NCBI GenBank assembly: GCA_963662585.1
Contig: OY759729.1
Coordinates: 1,184,001 to 1,248,000, forward strand
Direction of reading: 5' to 3'
Length of the DNA stretch: 64,000 nt
Source of the DNA: Candidatus Cloacimonadales bacterium
Lineage (GTDB): Bacteria; Cloacimonadota; Cloacimonadia; Cloacimonadales; JAFGVF01
A model generated the notes under the pieces. It was not told the DNA's origin and did no database searches. It saw only the letters and a list, made by a program, of their open reading frames with translations. This document shows, piece after piece, positions 51,101 to 62,205 of this stretch (positions are counted from its first letter, which is position 1; every line of letters begins with the position of its first letter). The position numbers were made by a program, and so were the translations under genes.

Positions 51101-54100
51101 TCCAAGCAATAGCAGTATTAGAGAATTATCTAGATTCTAATCCAGTTCTTAGAGATTATCAAGTAAGACACAAAGTAGCAAGTCCCACCTTTAATTATCT
51201 TTCTGGTATCTATACTGAAGCAATAGAAGTAATAATTTCCTCTTCTACAAGTAGTGCCATTGTTTATTACACTTTGGATGGTTCTGACCCATTAACAGGT
51301 CAAATATATTCAGCTCCAATTACCTTAGAGGAAGACAGTGAATATAGTTTTAGAGCTATCGCAATCAAAAGTGGATGGTATAATTCGGAAGAAGCTTTAG
51401 TTGATTACCAAATTACAGGAAAAGTTTCAAATCCTGAAATTGATTTAGCTTCAGGTATTTATTATGAAGCAATAACAGTAACTATTTCTAATGAAATGGC
51501 TGAAGCAAGCATGTATTATACCTTAGATGGTTCGCTTCCAAGTGTTGAATCAGAAATCTATATTGAACCACTAACTTTCAATCCTGGAGATGAAGTAACC
51601 TTAAGTGTTATTGCTTTCAGAGAAGATTGGGAGGGTTCTGATCTTCTTGTAAGAGAATATACTCTTCCAGATGAGACCTATATTGGTTCTGTAATGATGA
51701 CATCAACTTCGCTTACAACAGAAGAAAATCCAGAGTTTACTTACTCAATTTTAACTAATCAAACAGCTGGAACAGTTACAACAATCATTTCTATCTTAGA
51801 TGAAGCTGAGAATGAAGTTGCTTCTGATTCTAATATCGATATGATTTTCAGTGGAATTACTAATAGTTTTACTCGTGAAGTTACATCACCAGTAAGAGGT
51901 TTTGAAGAAGGTAATTATTACTATCGTATTGATTTAGTTAATGCTGAAGGTGACACTTTAGATACTTTTGCACCAACTTCAACCTTTATTGTAGGAACTC
52001 CTGCTTATACTATTACAGGCGATGAAAATCATGACTTTGGTTTAGTTGCAGCAGGTTCAGAAAACTCATTTTCCTTTACTATAAACAGTACAGGAAGTCT
52101 TGCTTTAGAGCTTGAGATTACAGAGCCTGATTCTCCTTTTAGTGTAGGCTTTATTCCAACTGTTATAGGAAGTGGGCTTTCCAGTGAAATCACTGTTTCT
52201 TTCAATCCTGAATCCTATGGTAATTATAGTGATGAATTACTTCTTTCCACTAATGCTGGAGAAATAGTATGTAGCTTTACAGGTCAAGCTGTTATGGGAC
52301 AGTATCGTGATAACATTTCAAGCCTTTCAGCCACTGTTGATTATGGTGTAACAACTGAAAGAACATTTAAAATCTATAATGATTCTCCTGTCGCTGACCT
52401 TAATGTAGAATTACTTGAAGATGAGTCTTGGATATCTTTAAATGGTGAGACAGCACTTATAGAAGCTGGGGACTCTTTACTTGTTACAGTAACTTTGGGA
52501 CAAATTGATTTAGCAGGGGGAGAATATTCAGCTAATCTAACTATAAATACAGATGACCTAAATAATGACCAAGTTATAATCCCAATTTCTTTAACAATTA
52601 ATGGAGCATCCATAGCAGTATCAGATAATCCAATTGAAGTAATAACAGGTGTTGGCGTAGATGTAGATTATAAATTCGCTATCGAGAATGAAGGTTCTGA
52701 ACCTTTAAACTATAATCTTATAGATGGAGCAGATTGGTTAGTTGCAGATGATGCCAATGGTATTATTGCTGGTAATTCAGCAGAACCAAATGAACTTCAT
52801 TTCGATGGAGATATTGCAGTCGGTACTTATACAACTGAAATTACTATTCAGTCAAATGATGCAAATACTCCAGAATTAACTATTCCTGTTACTTTCATAG
52901 TCCAAGATGCTATATTTGGTTATTTACCTGCCAATGGACAGCTTGATTTTGGCAATGTTGCCGTTGGAAGCAGTAAGACTATGGAAATTACTTTGAAGAA
53001 TACAGGTAATATCCCTCTTACAGTTAACTCATTAATATCAGCTGATCCTGCCTTCACTCTTAATCCTCAAGTGGAAGACCTTGAATTAGCAGGGGGCGAG
53101 GAGGAAGTTATTGAAGTTATCTTTACTCCTCTTGCTACTATTTTCTATAACAATATTGATTTAGAAATAACTTATGATGATGTTAATCTGGTTAATTTTG
53201 TCATGTTTGGAAGAGGAGAAGACCCAAATCCTGCATTCACTATTAATTGGGAAGACAACTTACATGATTTCGGTAATGTCGAGCTTGCTTCAACAGAAAC
53301 AACTACCATGAAGCTTTTCAATACTGGTAATGTTGAGCTACACTTTGCTGATTTTGATTATGAAGATGCTGATATTACTTCTCTTGATGATGAAGACTTC
53401 ACCCTTGATGTTGGCAAAGATTATACATTGGAAGTTTCTTTCACTCCTGATGCTATTGGAGAATATTCTCTTGATATAACTCTCAACACAGTGGAATTGG
53501 CTACTCAAACAGCTACTGTAAGAGCCTTTGTTTTCAGTAATTCTAATACATCAACTCTTACTTACCCTGAAGCTGACCCTTATTTGGCAAGCCTTGGAGT
53601 TAATCCAAGCACAGCTTTAGCAGGCACAAACTTCGAGTTCAGAGTCCTTTATACAGATATAGATAATCAAGCTCCTGCAGATGGTTATCCTCTTTTCTGG
53701 TTAGACCTTAATCATGATGGGGATGTTTTAGATGAGAATGAGCTTGTATTAGAGATGAATGAAGTTGACCCTCTTGATGTAAGTTATAGTAATGGAAAGT
53801 TGTATAACTGTTTTATGGAGGTTCCTTATGGCTATAATCCTCATTATAGATTTAGTGCTTACGATGCTGGATTTAAGGCTTCGGAAGGACAAGCAACTTT
53901 ATGGAAAGCCGGTCCTCTTGTAGTTGATGAAGGCTTAGATTTAGGACTCTATGCCAGTCATATTGAGTTTGATAATTATCATCCAGATTTAGGTGAAGAA
54001 GTTCAAGTTACTGCTCATATTCAGAATTGGGGTGACATGTCTGCTGAAGCTGTTCCTGTTACCTTCTTGCTTGATGAAGTAGTCTTTGATATTCAAGTAA

Positions 54101-57100
54101 TAGACTTCATTGCAGGTAATTCTTCAGTAACTCTTGAAACTTCTGTTATTCCTTTAGAAGAAGGATTTATTCCTGTAAAAGTTCATGTAAATCGCAACAA
54201 TGCCAACGAAGCCTTAGTAGAAGATAATAATCTCAATAACTTTGCATCTCGTCCACTTGTTGTAGGTGATGTTGTCGTACCTGGTTCCATTGATGTAACA
54301 GCTACAGCTTCACCCGGAGTATTGTATGAGAATTCAGGACAGAACTTCACTCTTTATGGTTCTGCCAACTATGTAGATGTGCTTGACCCTAATCTTGATG
54401 TTTCAGGTTCTTTTGTTAGAATCACAATCAGAGAGACAGGACAAGTCTATACAACTCACACTAATTCTTGGGGAAATTATTCTTATACTATGAGAGCTCC
54501 AAACGCAGTCGGACTCTATAATATTGATGTTTATGTCACAGATTATACTTTGGAAGGAACAGAAAGTACAACCATTCAGATTATTCCTCGTCCTGAAAGA
54601 TACGACTTAAGAGTTCAAGTTTCTACTCTTCATTCCCAGTTCCCACGACTTAATCCTCCCACCAATGACACCTTCGATATCTTTCTTTCCGTCTCAAATA
54701 TTGGTAGTGTCGATATAAACAATGATATCACTGTTAATCTTAATGAAGGTTTAGCAGGTATGGGAGGAGCTAACTTAGCAAATTGGCTTATTGTAGGTGG
54801 TTTAGCAGTTGGAGAAAGTCAATCTTATGAATTTGAGCATCCTGGAGTAGCAGTCGAAGGTTGGTATTACTTCCATGGCCAAGCGACTCATGCTGATATT
54901 GCCTTAGAAGATTATACTAATAACAATGTAGATAATCATAATAAATTCATCTATCCTGCTCTTCCTGATTTATCTCCTATCAATATCTATTTTACAGGAC
55001 TTCCTGCCAATCGAAATCATGCTGTTGTAGGAAGACCTTTCACAGGAAACACTAGTATTAGGAATCTTCTGGTAACAGAATCAGAAGCCACTACTGCCAC
55101 TGTTGAGTATAAAGGAAATGCCACTGCTAATGTTTGGGTTCCTTTTAGTGTGATTGATGTTCCTGCTTTATCTGCCTTTGAATATGCCTATCTTGATTTT
55201 GATGCTGATATTCTTATTCCTGTAGGACAAGCAGGTTTCTATGAATTTAGAGTTACTGTTGACCCTCCTCTTCCTGGAATTGTCCTTGAAGATGATGAAA
55301 GTAATAATGTAAGAACGAGTACTATTGAAGTTAAGAATCCTGATTGGGACTTCTCAGTAAGATATCGTTCTCTTGAGATTTCTAATTATAATCCTAACTT
55401 CGGTGTGGGACAGGTAAACTTCACTGCTGATATTGAAAATACTGGAACTGATAGTGCTGAAGACCTTGAAGTTAAGTTTGAATATGCTCCTTATGAGAAT
55501 GGTGTCGTAACTGGTGCTTGGCAACAAATTGGTAATATTATAGTTATTCCTGCCATTGGCTCCAATGATATAGTCTCTGATGTAACTAGTGATGCTTGGC
55601 TTGTGCCAGATTCTGATGGTTATCTTTTGAGAGTGACCGTTGACCCTAATGATAATTTTGCTGAATATAATGAGCATAATAATGAGCGAGAAAGATGGTT
55701 AGGCTATGACTTCTATCCTTGGGCTCATAGTGATTATTATTCCACAACTGTTGGTTCTTCTGCATCTGTCGGTAGATATGTTTCTTCTCGTGCTAGCTGG
55801 CAAGCAGATGATCTTCGGGTTGTATTCTATGATTGGTTCCCTCATGAACCATTTGCTGTCGGAGCTGTTCCTGTTCAAATCGATGCTGATCAAATCATTA
55901 ACATTCCTGGCAATGAAGGTACTACTTTAGCAAGAGCCACACAAGTCTGGAATGAAATAGGAACTCACAAGATTACTTGTCATGTTGATATTACTCAAGG
56001 GGAAAATATGGCAGGAAAGCTTAATCCAAATCCTGGTCATGCAAACCACTTCCTAGGAGATTATGACAATGAAATCTATGAATCTAATAATGTCGATTCC
56101 TTCGTAATGGTTGTCTATGAACAGCTTCCTGACTTAGTAGCTTGGAGTGAATATATCAACCCTGAAATCCTTAATCCTGATGAAAATGAAGCTATTAGCA
56201 TTCAATCTTCCTTTGAAAATCATGGCTCTGGGGATATAGAAGATGACTTTGAAGTGAAGTTCTATATTGATTCAGTTCAGTTAGGAGACCCAATTCCTGT
56301 TAATGGCTTAGAAGCTGGACATAATGATGCAGTTCAAGCTACTGCCAACTTCTCTTCCCCTCTATCGGGTGCTCATGTTATCAGAGTTGAATTAGATTCC
56401 AATAACGATATTGCTGAAACTAATGAAGATAATAATCTGGCTTCTCGTGTTTTGATTGTAGGCCCTGCTCCCAATATGGTTTTCTGGGCTGACTTCCGCA
56501 ATGAGAGAAACGATACTTCTTTAGAATTATCAGACTCTTCTCCTTCCATGGGGCAAACTATTACTATCACGGCTAACCTTAAAAACGAAGGTAGAGAAAT
56601 TGGTGAAGGTTGGTTAGACTTCTATCATGTGATAGCTTCAGATTCAACCTTAATAGCTTCCCGTCAATTCTCTGTGGAAAGTGAGGCAACTGACCAAGTC
56701 TCAATCTCATGGACTGCTACTTCCGAATTTGGCTCTATCGTGGCTGTCATTAGAGATGTTACCCCTATGGAATATAATGAATTTGATAATAGTGCAGAAA
56801 TTGAATTTGGTCAATCTTTGCAATTTGTTGAAAGCTTCTCCAACACTGAAATCCAAGAAGATGCAGGTTCTCAACTTATCGGAAACCTTGCTTCCATTGT
56901 TGAAAATAGAGATGATACACAAGTTATCTTCTTTGCTACGGCAAATGTAGAAGCTACTGAAATCACTATCGACCAAGACTATCAGCTTTGGGTCAATCCT
57001 CCTGAAAATTATTATGGAACTATAATCCTGAATGTCGAAGCTTTAAATATCTATGATGATAGCATTGAAGCTAATTTCTCCATCATCGTGAATAATGTTA

Positions 57101-58044
57101 ATGACTTACCAGAAATAACTCTGCCTGATTCATTCACTATTAATAATGGAGAGACTAGTACTCAAGACTTCTTACCTTATCTATCTGATGTTGACGATGC
57201 TGAAGTAAGTCTCACTATCGCTGTGGAAGAGAATGATAATGTAGCAGTCGCAATTAGAGGAGTGGAAGTTGATTTCACCCCTAGCGAGTCTTTCGAAGGC
57301 CAAACCACTATCTATTTTACTGTTACTGACGGACACTCTGATGCTGTGATTTCGGATTCTGTCTCTCTAGTAGTCAATGATAACAATGATTCTCTTGAAG
57401 AAGCAGATGAGTTAAATCTTACTGAAACTGAATTTGAGAGAATTCTGGCAAATTCTGATACAGACTTCTATACTTTCACAGCTAATTCCGAGCTAAAATA
57501 CTTCGAACTTACTGTCCAAAAAGAGGAAGAAGTCCAAGTGAATGTCTATTACAGTGCCTTTGAAGATGGCTCTGGCGTTAATTTGAATAGTCCTGATTAC
57601 CAAGCTTCTAATAATGAAAAATTAGAAATCGAAGTTGCAGATTCTGGTTATTGGTTTATCAGAGTAAGAAACAATAATGTCGCAAAAAACAGAAATGATG
57701 CAGAATATACTATTGTTCTCAAGACTTTAGTAAGGCCTAAAAACATCACTACAAGCAGAGATGGAGATAACTGTATCATTACTTGGGATGAAGTTTCCGC
57801 TGCCAAAAGCTATAAAATCTATCGTGTAGAAAGACTTGATGAAGAGTGGGGTCAGCCATACGCAATCGTGAATACCAACTCTTTTGTTGATGAAAATACT
57901 GACTATAATCAAATCACCAATGCTAGTCATAAAGCTGTTTACTTCTACAAAATCGTGGCTTCTACAGAAGAGGCTATCCCTGCTAGAAAAACTAAAATTA
58001 ATAGAAAAACTCAAATTGGAAATAATAACCCTAATTTGAAATAA
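48136..58044 (+). CDS. Giant (~3302 aa) secreted adhesin-like protein: Fn3, CHB_HEX_C-like repeats, cleaved-adhesin-like, ASH/choice-of-anchor D, CARDB and tandem-95-like modules
   Basis: ATG at 48136 after GGGAGG; signal peptide; 7 clear YTLDGS.P-type repeats; DFG.V..G...LKNTG; E....NN CARDB ends; VNNVNDLP. Confidence 0.9.
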   Translation: MRKSCLLIVFLLLINLVSAIQSAPETFTYGYQSSWENYENQISLNWEYNAPDNYEIEEYELNRNDWSSPQIVEDMGWGYYQDSDITIGDVYTYSLRVFLTSTIDASRDSTDYAYLTADTDEISDLLDPPTNLSLASAFDWENNKIPVIYWDYTPPEGYSVESFYLQRNDEEMPQMVHLYESPWYYEDYNTEEGQSYSYTIKAMIANHNIMYNLMTEVSVTFEIDTSDLPLANITYNGWAPGEYNSITPLELSTAETGVDIYYTLDGSEPTTGSNLYASPITIPWGGEVTLKARGFKTGESPSSILSLTYTLSGYVTSLNPIDESINVNSDYPIFSWDYMESVSGYYLTIGTSTGGNDVLDNFFFDDNSDGFSYSSSNRFIPALNLERGTEYFWTLTTVQAGTGITIDNPEFTFTSSGSNAINTFPYQEGFETTTSGLLPAGWADINLGYTYHWSVSNWNAHSGNNSMQIYLSGQDDWLFSPPIEMSQGKQYEINFQAKSNQFTSHSWYLVSNTGLPSEDNISIVAAFPDFTANTSYRNISAVYDSYEDQTLFLAFKPISAFYTYLFVDDLTISQDYLAIESPEIAYDENIWQDNPFTLTLSHPRDNTQIFYYIADQGNQPYDYTNNFEEDKLLYSEAVNVAIGGSLKVYTQALNAEWDPSPIEEYDLLVKPILEAPSFLTPGGTYNEALSIELFSEIEDVEIYYTIDGSDPIMSASKVLYTEGNPIEIALNQTISIKAYSEKENFMPSVVVSETYSTLPKLDLVTFSPEAGNYTSEQNISLSNVEGASIYFTLDGSEPNEESSLYSEAILLLEHTVTTIKAIAYKEGYEESDVLEATYTITGQVATPSPSLESGIYSSPIEITLATSTEDSEIRYTLDNTIPTEASSLYDGTPILVDNFSSLTIKAIAIKENWANSEVMQANFEVTGQLSQVVFSHDSGDYEGTLNLTLSVPDYPTASIYYTTNNTAPTSESNLYEGQIVLNSPSEVTIQAIAVLENYLDSNPVLRDYQVRHKVASPTFNYLSGIYTEAIEVIISSSTSSAIVYYTLDGSDPLTGQIYSAPITLEEDSEYSFRAIAIKSGWYNSEEALVDYQITGKVSNPEIDLASGIYYEAITVTISNEMAEASMYYTLDGSLPSVESEIYIEPLTFNPGDEVTLSVIAFREDWEGSDLLVREYTLPDETYIGSVMMTSTSLTTEENPEFTYSILTNQTAGTVTTIISILDEAENEVASDSNIDMIFSGITNSFTREVTSPVRGFEEGNYYYRIDLVNAEGDTLDTFAPTSTFIVGTPAYTITGDENHDFGLVAAGSENSFSFTINSTGSLALELEITEPDSPFSVGFIPTVIGSGLSSEITVSFNPESYGNYSDELLLSTNAGEIVCSFTGQAVMGQYRDNISSLSATVDYGVTTERTFKIYNDSPVADLNVELLEDESWISLNGETALIEAGDSLLVTVTLGQIDLAGGEYSANLTINTDDLNNDQVIIPISLTINGASIAVSDNPIEVITGVGVDVDYKFAIENEGSEPLNYNLIDGADWLVADDANGIIAGNSAEPNELHFDGDIAVGTYTTEITIQSNDANTPELTIPVTFIVQDAIFGYLPANGQLDFGNVAVGSSKTMEITLKNTGNIPLTVNSLISADPAFTLNPQVEDLELAGGEEEVIEVIFTPLATIFYNNIDLEITYDDVNLVNFVMFGRGEDPNPAFTINWEDNLHDFGNVELASTETTTMKLFNTGNVELHFADFDYEDADITSLDDEDFTLDVGKDYTLEVSFTPDAIGEYSLDITLNTVELATQTATVRAFVFSNSNTSTLTYPEADPYLASLGVNPSTALAGTNFEFRVLYTDIDNQAPADGYPLFWLDLNHDGDVLDENELVLEMNEVDPLDVSYSNGKLYNCFMEVPYGYNPHYRFSAYDAGFKASEGQATLWKAGPLVVDEGLDLGLYASHIEFDNYHPDLGEEVQVTAHIQNWGDMSAEAVPVTFLLDEVVFDIQVIDFIAGNSSVTLETSVIPLEEGFIPVKVHVNRNNANEALVEDNNLNNFASRPLVVGDVVVPGSIDVTATASPGVLYENSGQNFTLYGSANYVDVLDPNLDVSGSFVRITIRETGQVYTTHTNSWGNYSYTMRAPNAVGLYNIDVYVTDYTLEGTESTTIQIIPRPERYDLRVQVSTLHSQFPRLNPPTNDTFDIFLSVSNIGSVDINNDITVNLNEGLAGMGGANLANWLIVGGLAVGESQSYEFEHPGVAVEGWYYFHGQATHADIALEDYTNNNVDNHNKFIYPALPDLSPINIYFTGLPANRNHAVVGRPFTGNTSIRNLLVTESEATTATVEYKGNATANVWVPFSVIDVPALSAFEYAYLDFDADILIPVGQAGFYEFRVTVDPPLPGIVLEDDESNNVRTSTIEVKNPDWDFSVRYRSLEISNYNPNFGVGQVNFTADIENTGTDSAEDLEVKFEYAPYENGVVTGAWQQIGNIIVIPAIGSNDIVSDVTSDAWLVPDSDGYLLRVTVDPNDNFAEYNEHNNERERWLGYDFYPWAHSDYYSTTVGSSASVGRYVSSRASWQADDLRVVFYDWFPHEPFAVGAVPVQIDADQIINIPGNEGTTLARATQVWNEIGTHKITCHVDITQGENMAGKLNPNPGHANHFLGDYDNEIYESNNVDSFVMVVYEQLPDLVAWSEYINPEILNPDENEAISIQSSFENHGSGDIEDDFEVKFYIDSVQLGDPIPVNGLEAGHNDAVQATANFSSPLSGAHVIRVELDSNNDIAETNEDNNLASRVLIVGPAPNMVFWADFRNERNDTSLELSDSSPSMGQTITITANLKNEGREIGEGWLDFYHVIASDSTLIASRQFSVESEATDQVSISWTATSEFGSIVAVIRDVTPMEYNEFDNSAEIEFGQSLQFVESFSNTEIQEDAGSQLIGNLASIVENRDDTQVIFFATANVEATEITIDQDYQLWVNPPENYYGTIILNVEALNIYDDSIEANFSIIVNNVNDLPEITLPDSFTINNGETSTQDFLPYLSDVDDAEVSLTIAVEENDNVAVAIRGVEVDFTPSESFEGQTTIYFTVTDGHSDAVISDSVSLVVNDNNDSLEEADELNLTETEFERILANSDTDFYTFTANSELKYFELTVQKEEEVQVNVYYSAFEDGSGVNLNSPDYQASNNEKLEIEVADSGYWFIRVRNNNVAKNRNDAEYTIVLKTLVRPKNITTSRDGDNCIITWDEVSAAKSYKIYRVERLDEEWGQPYAIVNTNSFVDENTDYNQITNASHKAVYFYKIVASTEEAIPARKTKINRKTQIGNNNPNLK

Positions 58045-58068
58045 AACCCTTTCACCCACCACTACACT

Positions 58069-58099
58069 AAAAAGGGACTATTATATGGTCCCTTTTTTT
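58069..58099 (+). terminator. Intrinsic terminator of the giant gene
   Basis: AAAAAGGGACTA-ttata-TGGTCCCTTTTTTT. Confidence 0.85.
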
Positions 58100-58186
58100 C
58101 TTCTTTGATTTTAAATTGACAAAAATATAGGCGAATAGTAATAATGAAAATGAAATGGAAAATACTTAAATCAATAAGGAAAGTTA

Positions 58187-60598
58187 ATGAAAATCATTAT
58201 TAAAACTCTGTTAATATATCTTATCTTTGTTTGGTCATTTTCTCTGCTTTGGGGAGATGAATTAGCAGATATTTTAGAGAAAGATAATGAATATTTACTC
58301 AAGAATTTTTCTTCAATAAACCAGACATATTTGAAAAAAGGTTATCATCCTGAACTTATAGAGATGAATAGAAGAGTAATCAAGATTGCTAGAGAAAAAG
58401 GCGATTCTCTCAATATAGGTAGAGCCTTTTATAATATAGGAAGTCAATACCAAGCCAAGAATGATTATGATTCCAGTCTTAATTACCTGTGGCAAGCTGT
58501 TGCTATTTTTAAAGATTTAGATAATTATCTCAATTTGGTAATATCTTATAATTCCCTCTTTCAAATTTATGATAAATTAAATGACCTAGAAAATGCTAAA
58601 GATGCAATTTTCAATGCTCAAAAGTTGTTAGCAAAGATTGTTAGTAAGCATGAATCTATTCGTACATACGATAATTTAAGCAACTACTATAAAGATATAC
58701 GGGAATATGATAAATCTGTTGAACTGCAAAATATGGCTTTGCAGATTGCCCAAAAAAATGATTTTAAAACAGATATTGCCGCTAGTTATTTAGAATTAGG
58801 AAGTATTTATTTAGATAAAGAAGATTATGACAAATCATGGTATAATTATAATTTAACCTTGCAATACTTACCATTTATTGAAGATCAAATGTTTGCAGCC
58901 TATCTCTACAATAATATCTCTGCTCTTTTTAATAAGCAAAAAAAATATAATTTAGCTTATGAATATGCTATTAAATCTATTGAAATAAAAGAGAGCTTAG
59001 GCAAAGATGGAGCTTTAGCAAAATCCTATCAAAACCTTGGAGCAATTTACTTCTTCGCTGAACAGTATAATCTAGCTATTGATAGCTTCAAAAAAAGCAT
59101 AGTTTTAGCAGATAGTTTGCAAGATATCCAAACTTTAGTAAGCTGTTATTTAAATTTGGCAGTTACCTATAATAAGATTGATTTATACGATCTTGCTATT
59201 CCTGCTTATGACACACTGCTAACTCTATGTGAAACTTATGGTTTTGAAAATACTAAATATTCTGCTTATGGGAATCTAGCAATTGTATATCAGAATATTG
59301 GTGATTTTGATAAGAGTATCGAATATTCTCTCAAAAGTCTAGAAAATACCAATAGAAATGAAAGATATATTGCCAGAAATTACATCAACATTGCCACTTC
59401 TTACACTAATATTTCTGATTGGGAAAAAGCTATAGAGTATGCTGGAGAGGCAAATAAAATATCATATAAACTAGATGAGAATAGATATATTCTGAAAACA
59501 AATAATATCCTATCTTTAAGTTATGCAAATATTAATAGATATCAACAGGCTTATGATTCTCTCTTGGTATATGCTGAGTTATTAGACAAAATTTCTCAAG
59601 AAGACAAACAAAATTCCTTAGAAGAACTTAGAATAAAATATGAAACTGAAAAAAAAGATAATATTATTAAAGATTTAGAATTAGATAGCGAACTAGCCAA
59701 ACTCAAACTAAAACAATTAAATTATCAAAGGTTATTAGCTCTTATTGCCTTAATTATAATAGTATTTATCAGTCTTCAACGCTTCTTCATCCAGCGAAAG
59801 ATTATCAGAATAAAAGAAGAACTCAACCAAGATTTAGAAGAAAGAGTAAAAGAAGAGACTAACAAGCGAATGGAACACCAAAGAGCAATTGTTGAACAGA
59901 GTAGATTAGTATCTCTTGGTGAATTAGCTGCAGGTATTGCTCACGAACTAAATCAACCTCTCCAATGTATTAGCTTCGCTCTAGAAAACATGAAACTTAG
60001 TTTCCAAAAAAGAGGCTTTAGTGAAGAGTACTTCTTGGAGAGAATGGGACTGATTCTGCACGATATTTCCAGAATGAGTTCTGTTATTGACCATATCAGA
60101 ATCTTTTCCCGCAAGCAAAATCAAAATGAATATACACAATTTGACCTGAACTCAACAATTAAAAATGCTCTAAAACTAATTACTGAGCAATATGCAAATC
60201 ATAATATTGAGATTAGTGTTGAAACAATTAATGAAGAAACATGGATTTATGGTAATACTTACCAGATTGAGCAAGTAATTCTTAATCTTTTAACTAATGC
60301 TAAAGATGCCTTAGAGAAAAAAACAAGAGATAAAGTAATTAAACTAACCCTCTCCCAAGATTCGCAAAACTATATCTTGATTATTGGGAATAATGGTGAA
60401 CCTATTCCAAATGATATTAAGGAAAAGTTATTTTTACCTTTCTTCACAACCAAACCCCCAGGAAAAGGTACTGGTTTAGGACTTTCTATTGTTTATGGAA
60501 TAATTTCTGAACATAATGGAACCATATCATTATTAGAATCCGAGAATACTGCTTTTAAAATTACTTTGCCTAAAATAACCGAGGAAATAAATGACTAA
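58187..60598 (+). CDS. Membrane sensor histidine kinase with extracytoplasmic TPR array
   Basis: N-terminal hydrophobic segment, TPRs, TM; H-box [17 protein letters not shown]-box [20 protein letters not shown]. Confidence 0.95.
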   Translation: MKIIIKTLLIYLIFVWSFSLLWGDELADILEKDNEYLLKNFSSINQTYLKKGYHPELIEMNRRVIKIAREKGDSLNIGRAFYNIGSQYQAKNDYDSSLNYLWQAVAIFKDLDNYLNLVISYNSLFQIYDKLNDLENAKDAIFNAQKLLAKIVSKHESIRTYDNLSNYYKDIREYDKSVELQNMALQIAQKNDFKTDIAASYLELGSIYLDKEDYDKSWYNYNLTLQYLPFIEDQMFAAYLYNNISALFNKQKKYNLAYEYAIKSIEIKESLGKDGALAKSYQNLGAIYFFAEQYNLAIDSFKKSIVLADSLQDIQTLVSCYLNLAVTYNKIDLYDLAIPAYDTLLTLCETYGFENTKYSAYGNLAIVYQNIGDFDKSIEYSLKSLENTNRNERYIARNYINIATSYTNISDWEKAIEYAGEANKISYKLDENRYILKTNNILSLSYANINRYQQAYDSLLVYAELLDKISQEDKQNSLEELRIKYETEKKDNIIKDLELDSELAKLKLKQLNYQRLLALIALIIIVFISLQRFFIQRKIIRIKEELNQDLEERVKEETNKRMEHQRAIVEQSRLVSLGELAAGIAHELNQPLQCISFALENMKLSFQKRGFSEEYFLERMGLILHDISRMSSVIDHIRIFSRKQNQNEYTQFDLNSTIKNALKLITEQYANHNIEISVETINEETWIYGNTYQIEQVILNLLTNAKDALEKKTRDKVIKLTLSQDSQNYILIIGNNGEPIPNDIKEKLFLPFFTTKPPGKGTGLGLSIVYGIISEHNGTISLLESENTAFKITLPKITEEIND

Positions 60599-61961
60599 AA
60601 TAGAACAAACTGCCCTGATTGTTGATGATGAAAAAAGGATTACTTTTGAACTACAAGAGTTTTTTGAGATAAATGATTATAAAACCTTTAGAGCCCATTC
60701 AGTAGCAGAAGAAAGAGAGATTTTAGCAAGCAATAATATTGATATAATTATTCAAGATATTAGGCTTACTGATGGTTCTGGTTTAGATATTCTGACTGAG
60801 ATTAAAAAGCTCTTCCCTAATATAGATGTGATAATGATTTCCGGTCATGGGGATATGGATACGGTTATTGAAGCGATGAGATTAGGTGCAACTGATTATC
60901 TTAAAAAGCCTTTCACACATAATGATTTACTAATCGCCTTAGAAAGAATAAGTAAATCAAAAGAAAATAAGTTAAAAGTTGCCACTCTTACAGAGCAAAA
61001 GGCCTATATATTAGATAATATTGCCCAAAAACACTCCAAAGATATTATCAGTATCAGTGAAAATACCAAAAAAGTGATTGATGATGCCTGTAGAATTAGT
61101 AAATTCGATACTGTTAATGTTTTATTACAAGGAGAGACAGGAACTGGAAAAGAAGTCTTAGCGCATTTTATTCATAATATAAGTGATAGAAAAGATAATC
61201 TAATTGTCAGTGTAAATTGTTCTGCTATCCCAGAAACTATGTTTGAATCGGAATTCTTCGGCTTTGAAAAAGGTGCTTTTACAGGAGCTGAAAAGAGTAA
61301 AAAAGGCTTCTTTGAACTGGCAAACAATGGAACCCTCTTTTTGGATGAAATTGGAGACTTATCATTTACTGTTCAAAGCAAACTTCTGCGAGCAATTGAA
61401 TCTCAAGAATTTTACCCTCTTGGATCTCAACAAGCAAAACAAGTTAGCGTTAGAATAATCTCAGCAACTAACAGAGATTTAGAAAGTATGATTCAGAAGA
61501 GAGAATTTAGAGGTGATCTTTTCCACAGGCTTAACGGCTTTTCTCTTCATCTTCCCCTTTTAAAAGAAAGAAAAGAGGATATTCCTGCTTTGATTGATAG
61601 CTTTGTCATTAGGTTTAGCCGGGAAAATAAAAAAACAATACCTAAAATAGCACCTGAAGTTTATGTCCAAATAGCAAAACTTGACTTTGAAGGTAATATT
61701 AGAGAACTAAAAAATATGGTTGAGAAAGCTATGATTTTCTGTGATAATAATATCTTAACTTTAGAACATTTTGGTATATTATCCAATAATAACAATGTTT
61801 CTGGACTATCTTCTAAAACAAATCTTAACCTTGATGATAACGAAAAGAGTTTGATTATTGAAGCTCTGGAAAGAAGTAATAATAACCAGAGTCAGGCTGC
61901 TAAATTATTAGGCATTTCTCGTCATGCCTTGATTAGAAGATTAGAAAAGTTTGGGCTGTAA
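60591..61961 (+). CDS. sigma54-dependent NtrC-family response regulator (REC-AAA+-HTH)
   Basis: IVDDE and QD receiver residues; GETGTGKE, GAFTGA, FLDEIGD; Fis-type HTH NQSQAAKLLGISR. Confidence 0.96.
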   Translation: MTKIEQTALIVDDEKRITFELQEFFEINDYKTFRAHSVAEEREILASNNIDIIIQDIRLTDGSGLDILTEIKKLFPNIDVIMISGHGDMDTVIEAMRLGATDYLKKPFTHNDLLIALERISKSKENKLKVATLTEQKAYILDNIAQKHSKDIISISENTKKVIDDACRISKFDTVNVLLQGETGTGKEVLAHFIHNISDRKDNLIVSVNCSAIPETMFESEFFGFEKGAFTGAEKSKKGFFELANNGTLFLDEIGDLSFTVQSKLLRAIESQEFYPLGSQQAKQVSVRIISATNRDLESMIQKREFRGDLFHRLNGFSLHLPLLKERKEDIPALIDSFVIRFSRENKKTIPKIAPEVYVQIAKLDFEGNIRELKNMVEKAMIFCDNNILTLEHFGILSNNNNVSGLSSKTNLNLDDNEKSLIIEALERSNNNQSQAAKLLGISRHALIRRLEKFGL

Positions 61962-62033
61962 GAATTTCTTTTTCAAACTGTCCAGCCCTAAGTAATTTGA
62001 CTGATTTTTTTGCAATTATTATTTATTCTCTTA

Positions 62034-62140
62034 AACCCTTACAGGGTTACACGAATATTGGTTTGCCATACCCAGGGTCAATTTTTCTTCCAAAAATGAG
62101 ACCCTGGGCTAATCTATTTTATCCCTTGGTGATATCTTCT
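62034..62140. repeat. REP-like palindromic element (family D) between convergent genes
   Basis: AACCCT-tac-AGGGTT hairpin; CCCAGGGTC...GACCCTGGG inverted repeat (62071-62108). Confidence 0.7.
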
Positions 62141-62205
62141 TAAATCATAAAATTAGTGGATATATTCATCTTTCTTCAAATTCTGTCTGTATTCTTAATT
62201 GTATC

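Noticed and set aside
58053..58070. CCACCACTACACTAA in the giant gene's 3' UTR, partly complementary to the candidate sRNA terminator loop (GUAGUGUGGUGG)
   Set aside because: Only 7+4 bp with a bulge in low-complexity sequence; cannot be distinguished from chance
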